NCBI GenBank assembly: GCA_963714085.1
Contig: OY970229.1
Span: forward strand, 32,001-96,000
Reading direction: 5' to 3'
Length of the DNA: 64,000 nt
Source: an uncultured Candidatus Micrarchaeota archaeon
GTDB taxonomy: Archaea; Micrarchaeota; Micrarchaeia; Anstonellales; Bilamarchaeaceae
Under the pieces are notes generated by a model. The model was not told the DNA's origin. It saw only the letters and a program-made list of their open reading frames with translations, and did not search any database. The translations under genes were made by a program, and so were the position numbers. This document shows positions 39,855 to 47,946 of this stretch, one piece after another. Position 1 is the stretch's first letter; the number at the start of each line of letters is the position of its first letter.

Positions 39855-40649
39855 CTATCTTACCAGCGCTCCCCATGCAGCGGATGCGGCTCCCCGCACC
39901 CGTTCCGAGAAGGAGAGCGGTCTGTTGATGATCTCATTGATTTTCGCGACATCCCAGTCTGGGACTTCCGCCACTACGCCCACATCGTAGGACGGCTTGA
40001 ATGTCGCATCCATCCCCGGCGTTGCGGAGTTGAAAACCAGGGGGCCGACGTATGAGGAGCCGGCTAGCATGCAGAGGTATATGGAACCCTGGGTCCCTGC
40101 CGGGACTCGCTCTCCGTAAGGCATGCCTGTTTCGGCGTGCAGCAGGTAATCGCCACTTTCAACCGGGAAATCCTGAAGCAGACTCAAGCTCGGTTCCTTC
40201 AGAAGGATATCTTTTCCATCTTTCTCGATATTCGAGGATGTGATGCCAGAGGCCAGAAGGGCGGAAAGTGGCGGCGCTCCCCGGAATGAGCTTGTTGGCA
40301 AGATGACTCTTCGTCCATCCGCGGAAGAAAAAATTATATGCGTTCCTAGCTCTTTGCCCGGCTTCGCATGGGCAAGGATCGCGTCAACCGGGAAAGCGGG
40401 CAAGACCGACCAGGTCCCTCCTGACCAGGTTCTTATGGGATCAAGCGCGCCGTGCGGCAATGCGGCACGCGCCACTTCTTTGGATATCACTTTGAGGCCG
40501 GTCCCGTGTTTTGCATTCCGCTCTTCCACAACGCGATACGCGCTGAAAAGTTTCGCCGAGCGGTTATTTCCTACGACTACGATGTTCTTTATATCCCCGC
40601 CGACGGGTATTCTCAGGATCTGGGTTCCATGGATCGGTTTCGGATTCAT
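39855..40649 (-). CDS. Hypothetical protein, related to the kinase C-terminal domain
   Basis: 264 aa from ATG 40649; FPVESGDY..GMPYG..SYVGPLV..KPSYDVGVVAEVP. Confidence 0.7.
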   Translation of the reverse strand: MNPKPIHGTQILRIPVGGDIKNIVVVGNNRSAKLFSAYRVVEERNAKHGTGLKVISKEVARAALPHGALDPIRTWSGGTWSVLPAFPVDAILAHAKPGKELGTHIIFSSADGRRVILPTSSFRGAPPLSALLASGITSSNIEKDGKDILLKEPSLSLLQDFPVESGDYLLHAETGMPYGERVPAGTQGSIYLCMLAGSSYVGPLVFNSATPGMDATFKPSYDVGVVAEVPDWDVAKINEIINRPLSFSERVRGAASAAWGALVR

Positions 40650-40859
40650 ATTGCCACCTACCGGTATATCATCATGACAAGACCTTAAAAAGCTAGAGTA
40701 TAACACACTTTCCATCCGAAATCATGAACAGCATCGGGAGAGCGGTCCCGTCGCTTGGATTGAAAATCGAAGTGAAACCAGCGGTTAGCGTGGAGTTGTC
40801 CGGCTGTTCGAAATAATCCTATTTAAAACCGTCTGCCCAACATGCTAGTGGTGGGAATT

Positions 40860-42032
40860 ATGAGCAGAATGAGAATCTTTGGCCCGAATGCAAGGCAAAT
40901 CCTGGTAACATCTGTATTGGCAGCGTCCATCGCATTTTCCTGCTCCAAACCCAGGCCCGAAAGGCTTGTAGAACCAGTATTTCCCCCCACGTCAGAGGAG
41001 ATCGTTTCTTCCTTTGCCAAAGACCTCAGGAGTTCCAATGATAGGGACAGGAGCGATGCGGGCTCCAACCTGGCAAGAATGGCCGTGAACGGAGACCGTG
41101 CCGCGGTCTCTGAACTGATGAAAGCGCTTTCCGGCAATAGCCTGGACGCCAGGATGGAAGCCGTCCGTGCGTTTCGAAGCATTGCAATGGGCAAAGTGGA
41201 TATACCCCTGGCAATACCTGCTCTTGAAGGAATGCTTTCCGAGAAATATATTTTCACAGGCTCCAAGTCGTACAATTTCCCGGACGAAGCGCGCCGCACG
41301 CTGGTTGCCGCAGCTGTGCTCAGAAGCGTGCCTGCTCTCGCAAAAGAGCTTGAGCAGGGCCCCTCGGCAAGAGAGACTGCTGTTGAAGCCCTGAACGAGC
41401 GCGCCCGAAGCGGGGATGACATAAATGTTGCAGTGCCGGGACTGGTAAAATGCCTGTGCGACGAAGTTTCTACGATGGGGCGTTCGGCGACCAACGCCCT
41501 GAGACACGAGATTAGCAGGGTGGGAAGGGAGAAAGGGGCAGAAAACCAGGCAGCGCTCACCAAGTATATTTCTTCAAAAGTTGGCCCCTGCGGGCTGGAC
41601 AGCGCAATCATGATTTATATTTCAGAAGGCGGCATTTACGGGCTGGACGACGTAAGCATGATTTTCAAATCGGACGGGCAAGATGGTAAGAGTGTCGCGG
41701 CCGAAGTATTTCCGATGCTGTCCAGGCAGCTTGCATATTCTCAGCATTATACCATGCATGTGGCAGATGCGCTTAGGGGCATTGCCATGGGTGGCGGGGA
41801 CATAAGCCCAATGCTGCACAATCTGGCAGAGATGTTATTGGACAGGGACGCGCTAGTGAGATTTTCAGCTGCAAATGCATTGGAAGCTGCGGCATGCCCG
41901 AAGGAGAGCCGCAAAGCCGCGCTCGCGATCCTGAAAAAGGCGCGCCGCGATGGCGACAGGATAACGAGGCAGGAAGCGGCCGGAACGCTTAAGCACTATG
42001 AAATGGATACGAGATGGATATGCCCGGAATGA
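40860..42032 (+). CDS. HEAT-repeat protein with signal peptide/lipobox
   Basis: LAASIAFSC; ARMEAVRAF and LVRFSAANAL HEAT-like units. Confidence 0.75.
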   Translation: MSRMRIFGPNARQILVTSVLAASIAFSCSKPRPERLVEPVFPPTSEEIVSSFAKDLRSSNDRDRSDAGSNLARMAVNGDRAAVSELMKALSGNSLDARMEAVRAFRSIAMGKVDIPLAIPALEGMLSEKYIFTGSKSYNFPDEARRTLVAAAVLRSVPALAKELEQGPSARETAVEALNERARSGDDINVAVPGLVKCLCDEVSTMGRSATNALRHEISRVGREKGAENQAALTKYISSKVGPCGLDSAIMIYISEGGIYGLDDVSMIFKSDGQDGKSVAAEVFPMLSRQLAYSQHYTMHVADALRGIAMGGGDISPMLHNLAEMLLDRDALVRFSAANALEAAACPKESRKAALAILKKARRDGDRITRQEAAGTLKHYEMDTRWICPE

Positions 42033-42053
42033 TTTGTGCTCCGGGGTTTTCCG

Positions 42054-42086
42054 CTATTTCTTCGCGTACTTATGCGCCCGTGCTGC
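42054..42086 (-). repeat. Putative relic copy of the lipA 3' end (AARAHKYAKK*)
   Basis: 12-bp cgcccgtgctgc at 42075-42086 is identical to 43354-43365 (lipA AARA codons) and runs in frame to a stop. Confidence 0.6.
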
Positions 42087-42100
42087 CCGGAATGGAGGTG

Positions 42101-42625
42101 CTACCCCCCTTCCCTGAACCTTCTCTTGTCTTTTTTTATCTGGGATCTGAGGGCGAACCTCCCGTACGGGGTCTCCTTGAACTTCGCGCCTTTCATGCTT
42201 TTCACTTTGTGGAAGATTATCCTATTGCCGTAATACGAGAGGATCGCGGCTATCTTCTTCGCCCTGAACGTCTTTTTCTTCTCATTCCTCCGGATCCTCT
42301 CCGCGAGGTCGATTCTGCCGCTTCTTTTTTCGTTGACGATATGGATCTCTTCCTTCGGCCTCCAGTCTATAGCGAAAAATTCCTCTGCGGTGGAACAGCT
42401 GAAATAGAATTTATCCGTAGCAAGAAAAAGTTCGGTCGCTTTCATGATGATGGAAAGCGGCTTATCGAGAAACCAGCCGCGCTTCTCCTCATTTGCCGGC
42501 ACATAGTATATCCCCTTGAACGGAGTCGGGAACAGTTTGAGCGACGCGCTCATATTGAATATTTCCCTGTCGCTAAGTCCTTCCTTGAGGAGTTGAGCGT
42601 AGCTAATCGCCTGCCTTGGAAACAT
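42101..42625 (-). CDS. Putative AbiEi-like antitoxin
   Basis: FKGIYYVP..FYFSCSTA pattern; overlaps the AbiEii-like gene. Confidence 0.55.
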   Translation of the reverse strand: MFPRQAISYAQLLKEGLSDREIFNMSASLKLFPTPFKGIYYVPANEEKRGWFLDKPLSIIMKATELFLATDKFYFSCSTAEEFFAIDWRPKEEIHIVNEKRSGRIDLAERIRRNEKKKTFRAKKIAAILSYYGNRIIFHKVKSMKGAKFKETPYGRFALRSQIKKDKRRFREGG

Positions 42626-43205
42626 TTTTCACTACCTCTTCGTATGCTTCATAGCTATCGGTGTCGATTACCAGTTTTTCCAATTCTTCTTCATTGACCG
42701 GGGGTCCGGTTTCCTTCACCAGGGTTTTTATCGCGTCAAAATCCAGATTCTTGTTTTTTAGTATGCAGAAGATATCGTACAAATCCCGTGCTTCCTTCCG
42801 GTTTTTATAAGCGAGAAATTTTAGCTCGAGGATATCCTCCAAAGAAGCTACAAGCAGAGTATTTATCCCGAAACTGAATTTTTCGATTTTTGTTATCTTG
42901 TACTGAGAAGTAAAGATTTCTATCTTGATGCTGGTGTCCTCGAAATGGATTACAAATTGATTCCAATGGGCCGCAGGGGCTGTCCGATAACCGTGTTTCG
43001 TGAGGCAGCCCTTCAGCATCTCTTTGAGCTTGACTTCATCGCCACTGACAGGTATGAAATCCAAATCAACACTTAGCCTATGTTTAAGGTAAAACAGAGC
43101 AAGAGCAGTGCCACCAACGAGAATAAGCTTGCCATCCGCGCATTTGGCTACATGGTGGAGTATTTCGACCACTCGTTTATATTTCCTATTTGCACGCTCA
43201 TCCAT
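42603..43205 (-). CDS. AbiEii/AbiGii-family nucleotidyltransferase toxin
   Basis: LVGGTALAL..HRLSVDLDF and K..A..NRKEARDLYDI motifs; AT-rich. Confidence 0.88.
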   Translation of the reverse strand: MDERANRKYKRVVEILHHVAKCADGKLILVGGTALALFYLKHRLSVDLDFIPVSGDEVKLKEMLKGCLTKHGYRTAPAAHWNQFVIHFEDTSIKIEIFTSQYKITKIEKFSFGINTLLVASLEDILELKFLAYKNRKEARDLYDIFCILKNKNLDFDAIKTLVKETGPPVNEEELEKLVIDTDSYEAYEEVVKNVSKAGD

Positions 43206-43341
43206 GCAGAAAATAGGTAGAACAGGATTTATATATGTTTGCACTAGATTAAACTTTCTTTAATGTAGCTGAAACAAAATCGACTGTAATAAAAATGCCT
43301 GAAAAGAATAACAGACTAGAAAGCCTCCATCCGTATCTTTC

Positions 43342-44187
43342 TCATTGTTCGTACGCCCGTGCTGCATGATACGAGCTGCGCACCAGGGGCCCTGAGACGA
43401 CGGACCTAAATCCGATTCCGTTCGCGATGCGCGCGTACTCGTTGAACTCGTCCGGTTCCACGTACCGCTCCACCGGAAGCTGCTTCTTGCCTGGCCGGAG
43501 GTACTGGCCCAGGGTCAGGATGTCCACTTCTGCAGCACGCAGGTCCTTCATCGCTGCGATGATCTCGTCCCGCGTCTCGCCCAGCCCGAGCATGATGGAG
43601 GACTTGGTCCTGATTTCCGGGTTTGCAGCTTTGAACGCGGCAAGTACCGCGAGCGATTTCCCATAGCCCGCCCTCGCGTCCCGTACTTTAGGTGTGAGCC
43701 GCTCCACGGTCTCTACGTTATGGCCCAGGACGTCCACGCCCGAGCTTGCGAGCCTGCGGATGGCATTTTTGTCGTTGTTGAAGTCCGGGACCAGCGCTTC
43801 GACAATGATTTTCGGATTGCTCTCCTTTATCGCCCTTATGCAGTTTGAGAAATGATCCGCCCCGTAATCCGGAAGGTCGTCGCGGTCCACGGAGGTGAGC
43901 ACAACGTAGCTGAGCCCGAGCTCCAGGACAGCGTCAGCGAGCCGCCCCGGCTCCGTGGGGTCCGGCGCGTTTGGCTTCGGATTGGTTTTGATGGCGCAGA
44001 ACCGGCAGTTCCTGGTGCACTCGCTCCCCAGCACGAGGAAGGTCGCGGTCCCGGCTGACCAGCATTCCTGGGATTTCGGGCAGTGCGCGCCCTGGCACAC
44101 CGTGTCCAGCCGGTATTTCGCGAGCGTCTCCTTCATCTTCGCGCTCGCGGGGTTGTAGCGTATCCTCAGCCATGCGGGCTTGTCCAT
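43342..44187 (-). CDS. lipA: Lipoyl synthase
   Basis: CQGAHCPKSQEC (CX4CX5C), CTRNCRFC and RSSYHA motifs. Confidence 0.96.
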   Translation of the reverse strand: MDKPAWLRIRYNPASAKMKETLAKYRLDTVCQGAHCPKSQECWSAGTATFLVLGSECTRNCRFCAIKTNPKPNAPDPTEPGRLADAVLELGLSYVVLTSVDRDDLPDYGADHFSNCIRAIKESNPKIIVEALVPDFNNDKNAIRRLASSGVDVLGHNVETVERLTPKVRDARAGYGKSLAVLAAFKAANPEIRTKSSIMLGLGETRDEIIAAMKDLRAAEVDILTLGQYLRPGKKQLPVERYVEPDEFNEYARIANGIGFRSVVSGPLVRSSYHAARAYEQ

Positions 44188-44302
44188 GTCATGGACTGGG
44201 GAGTGGGATAATTAAATCATATGGGCGTTGGGACGGGTCTTTGCTCTCGGGTGATGGATGATGTGTTTTTAAGTCGTTTGCTGCAGTATAAGCGCAGCAG
44301 AG

Positions 44303-44983
44303 ATGGGGATGCTTATGGATGCTACGGTTTCAAGACAGCCGCCGACGCAGCCAGCGAAACCTGCGGGGCCGACTATTTTCAGGCGCCTTAAGAGCGATGT
44401 CCCGCAGGACAGGGCAGATGCCGTTGCCGAACTGTGCACGGACGCGAGGGCAAAGGACAGGAAAGCCGCCAAGGAGCTTATACGGTCGGTCACTGACAAG
44501 GGAAACGAGGGAATACCAGCCATCAGGCATATCATTCAACGAGCCACAGAACCTGAGCTAGGGATAGCCGCATTGCTTGTTTTGTATACAATATGGAATT
44601 CAGAGAACCGGTTGATAACGCTCATGGGCAGAGGTCTGGGCACAAATGGATGGGAAATGATAGAGGCCCCTTATGCTGCGATTTATGCTGCAAATAAGGA
44701 AGTCGCAATGTTCGGCCTGGAAGGGCTTGTCACAGGCAGAAGCAAATGCGTGTCAGGCCAGTCTGAGGTCGGAATGTCGGACGAAGCGGAAAGGATTCTG
44801 ACAGAAATAGCGAGCAGATCGGTGCATGCCGAGGTCGCCTTGGCGGCTTTCGGCCACATGAAGCTCCATGAAAATGCCGACTGGCATTTACGCGACCTGC
44901 TTAGTTCCGTGCATCCGGAGATCCGCGAGGCCGCGCGAAGAAAACTGGGCGAGTTGACAGGAGCCGTTGAGGCAACCGGATAG
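44303..44983 (+). CDS. Hypothetical helical (HEAT-like) protein
   Basis: 226-aa ORF; LLSSVHPEIREAARRKL. Confidence 0.65.
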   Translation: MGMLMDATVSRQPPTQPAKPAGPTIFRRLKSDVPQDRADAVAELCTDARAKDRKAAKELIRSVTDKGNEGIPAIRHIIQRATEPELGIAALLVLYTIWNSENRLITLMGRGLGTNGWEMIEAPYAAIYAANKEVAMFGLEGLVTGRSKCVSGQSEVGMSDEAERILTEIASRSVHAEVALAAFGHMKLHENADWHLRDLLSSVHPEIREAARRKLGELTGAVEATG

Positions 44984-45035
44984 TGGATATTTATAAGCAA
45001 TGCATCTGAAGATATCCTGTTATGGAGGTATGATT

Positions 45036-45617
45036 ATGGCGGACAAAACCATGGGCGCTGCGATGCCGATTCAGCCTAGCGGAACGCTTCCGTTCACTTT
45101 GCAGGAAGGGGAACAGATATACTCGGAGGTGAAGCCGGAGATGGGAGGGTTCATACTCTCGAGGATGTTAGGTAGCCTCATAGGCGCGGTCTTCATCCTG
45201 TTCGTCGTGCTCTTCTTCCTCTGGAGCTTCAACAACATCATACTGGACGCAGTCGCGGTAGTATTGGTGGTGGGGATAAGCCTGCTCAGCCCGTTCATAT
45301 CCTACGGCAAGTTCAAGTACTGGATAACCAACCACCGCGTGGTGGGGCAGAGGGGATTCATAGGCTTCAGCATAGAGTCCATACCCCTGGAGAACGTCAC
45401 CGACGTCACGCTGAGCCGCGGAATCGCGGACCAGCTCCTGGGCCTGTCCTCGCTCTTCATCGTGCCCATAGGGGGCGTGATGATGTACGGCAGGAGGGGC
45501 GGCATGGGCGGGGTGAACTATTTCCCGGCGCTCAAGCCGGACCAGGCGCTGCAGCTGCAGGCCCTGATCTTCAATCTCAGGGACGCCAGGAAGAGAGAGA
45601 TGAACAAGACGGCCTAG
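45036..45617 (+). CDS. Membrane protein with bacterial PH (bPH_2) domain
   Basis: 2 TM helices followed by YWITNHRVVGQRGFI..IPLENVTDV..QLLGL. Confidence 0.85.
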   Translation: MADKTMGAAMPIQPSGTLPFTLQEGEQIYSEVKPEMGGFILSRMLGSLIGAVFILFVVLFFLWSFNNIILDAVAVVLVVGISLLSPFISYGKFKYWITNHRVVGQRGFIGFSIESIPLENVTDVTLSRGIADQLLGLSSLFIVPIGGVMMYGRRGGMGGVNYFPALKPDQALQLQALIFNLRDARKREMNKTA

Positions 45618-46459
45618 GCGCGTTCCATGGGCATCGTGTAAGCTATTGCGGGCTTATAAGAGTATAAGAGATCGCGGAAGGGCTGGTATTCGTTACCGAA
45701 AAACTCGATGGACGTCTGTCCGTGGGCTCTCGCTTGCCTAACCATCTCGATGTACGAAGCTGTCGCTTCCGCGGTTGCGAGCACGGGATTGTCTTCCAGC
45801 AGGACGAGCCTCGGGGCATAGGCGCCGATCACCGAGGCCGGGTCTCCCAAAGTGGACGAGACCGCGGAGAAGAATTCATTGCCCCTCCTGTATTCCTCTT
45901 TGTATGAACGATGCGAGGTTATGTCAAAGGCGGGGTGTATCCCCCTTGCGACCATGTTTCCGTAGAAGGTCGCAGCGCCTTCGGTGAGCATCAAGCCGGG
46001 TTCTGCGCTCGCCACCTTGTCAAAAGCCTTGTGCTTGGAAAGGAGCAGATGCACGAGCTCGTGCGCCAGAACATAGTCGGAAGCCGCTGCTCCAGGGGAA
46101 TAATGGTTAAGGTTGACTCCGACTACTCCGGCCGAGGGATAGAAATATCCGAACATCTTCTCTTCGTAGTTGCCGGGGCATACCAGCTTGCGTAAGGCCA
46201 TCTGCAGTTCGAAAGAGGTGATGCGGCTCAAGGCGAAGCCGTCCTGGCGCTCTGGCTTCAGTCCCAACAGAGTGGATACGGCGTGCCTGAAGTACCTGAG
46301 CTTGTGCTTCCAGGGCTTGGATTCTTCGATAGTGAGCGGTCTCCCGAGGGTGACGCCCGTGGCTTTTTCACAGAGAGGAAGCAGCTCCGCGGCGCGCTTC
46401 CTGGCGTGGGCGAGCTTTTGATGGCGCTCCCTGTATCTGGCTATGAAACCCATAGTCAT
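45614..46459 (-). CDS. Putative zinc metallopeptidase (gluzincin-like)
   Basis: AHELVH followed by downstream EGAATF. Confidence 0.65.
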   Translation of the reverse strand: MTMGFIARYRERHQKLAHARKRAAELLPLCEKATGVTLGRPLTIEESKPWKHKLRYFRHAVSTLLGLKPERQDGFALSRITSFELQMALRKLVCPGNYEEKMFGYFYPSAGVVGVNLNHYSPGAAASDYVLAHELVHLLLSKHKAFDKVASAEPGLMLTEGAATFYGNMVARGIHPAFDITSHRSYKEEYRRGNEFFSAVSSTLGDPASVIGAYAPRLVLLEDNPVLATAEATASYIEMVRQARAHGQTSIEFFGNEYQPFRDLLYSYKPAIAYTMPMERA

Positions 46460-46546
46460 ATTAGCACGAAACAGTTTAAAAACCTTACTTTTCCATCCTT
46501 TGCCACTGCTAAACTATGGCAGTTTTAATCGAAAAAGAGACGCTTT

Positions 46547-47803
46547 TTACCTCTGCCAGCTCTTCTTCCTTCTCCAGCCGCCCTCCTTCGGGCCGGTGTG
46601 GGGCCTGCGCTCGCCATGGCCGTGGTGCCCTCCCTGGCCGTGCCTCTGCTCGCCGCTCCTGCGGGGCGGTCCGCCGCCCCTCGTAAGCAGGGTGTGCGGG
46701 TCCCCGCGCTTCATCCATGCGAAATCAGGGTGGTCCTCGCTGAAGCGCTCGGCGGCGCTCTCGCCCTTGTCAACGAACGTTATGGCCTTGCCTACGGAGC
46801 CCATCCTCCCGGTCCTGCCTATGCGGTGGAGGTGGGTGTCCGCGTCCTGGGCCTTGTCGTAGTTCACTATCAATCCGACGTCCTCGATGTGGAGGCCCCT
46901 CGCCGCCACGTCCGTGGCGACCAGTATCCTCACGCGGCCTTCGCGGAACCTCTGCATCACGCGCTCCCTGGCTGCCTGCGACATGTTTCCCTGTATGCTG
47001 TCGGCCTGGAAGCCGCTCTCGGCGAGCCGGTATGCGAGCTTGTCCGCGAAGAATTTGGTGGCGGTGAATATCATGACCTTCATCTGCGCGTGCTCCTTGA
47101 GTATCTCCCTGAGCCTGGGCACCTTCTCGATCCTGGCGACCTCGACGAAATGCTCGTTGATGGCCTCGGGCTTGTCCTTCTCGCCGATCTCGACTATCTC
47201 CGAGGAGCCCATGTAGTTGGATGCGACCTTGAGTATGTCCCCGTCAAGTGTGGCCGAGAGCAGTATCACGGTCCGCTCGCGCGGGACCTGGTGCATTATG
47301 CTGTCCATCTGGTCGCGGAAGCCCATGTCCAGCATGCGGTCCGCTTCGTCCAGGACGACCAGGTTGCACTCCGAGAGGTTCACGGTCCTGCGCTCCATGT
47401 GGTCGAGCAGCCTGCCCGGCGTGGCGATTATTATGTCAGCTCCGCGCCTGAGCTCGTCTATCTGGGGGTTTATGCTCACCCCTCCGTAGACCAGGCAGAG
47501 CTTTAAGCCGTAATTGGCGGCTATCCCCCGCAGCTCCTTGTGGATCTGCACCACCAGCTCCCTGGTGGGGGCGAGAACGAGCCCCTTCTTGGCCGTGCCC
47601 CTCGTTATTCGCTCGATTATGCCTACGCCGAATGCGGCGGTCTTGCCGGTTCCGGTCTTGCTCCGGACAACGACGTTTCCGCCCGCGAGTATGAGCGGGA
47701 TGACCCTTTCCTGGACCTCTGTCGCTGTCTCGTATTTCATATTCCTCAGCGCATCCACTGTCTTGGGGCTGAGGTTCATCTCATCGAATCTCATTCCTTT
47801 CAC
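46547..47803 (-). CDS. DEAD-box RNA helicase
   Basis: TGTGKT, PTREL, TPGR, DEAD, SAT and HRIGRTGR motifs. Confidence 0.96.
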   Translation of the reverse strand: MKGMRFDEMNLSPKTVDALRNMKYETATEVQERVIPLILAGGNVVVRSKTGTGKTAAFGVGIIERITRGTAKKGLVLAPTRELVVQIHKELRGIAANYGLKLCLVYGGVSINPQIDELRRGADIIIATPGRLLDHMERRTVNLSECNLVVLDEADRMLDMGFRDQMDSIMHQVPRERTVILLSATLDGDILKVASNYMGSSEIVEIGEKDKPEAINEHFVEVARIEKVPRLREILKEHAQMKVMIFTATKFFADKLAYRLAESGFQADSIQGNMSQAARERVMQRFREGRVRILVATDVAARGLHIEDVGLIVNYDKAQDADTHLHRIGRTGRMGSVGKAITFVDKGESAAERFSEDHPDFAWMKRGDPHTLLTRGGGPPRRSGEQRHGQGGHHGHGERRPHTGPKEGGWRRKKSWQR

Positions 47804-47946
47804 TCCTTTAAATACCAGAATAGCAAAATTGGCTTACTATTTGAACTGGCCTATTGGTACGTTGTTTCATTTAGAATATTTAAATCTTCCTGACATGCGT
47901 TATATATGCATAAATATCCACTAGCGATAACTTTATAAGCAGTTTC

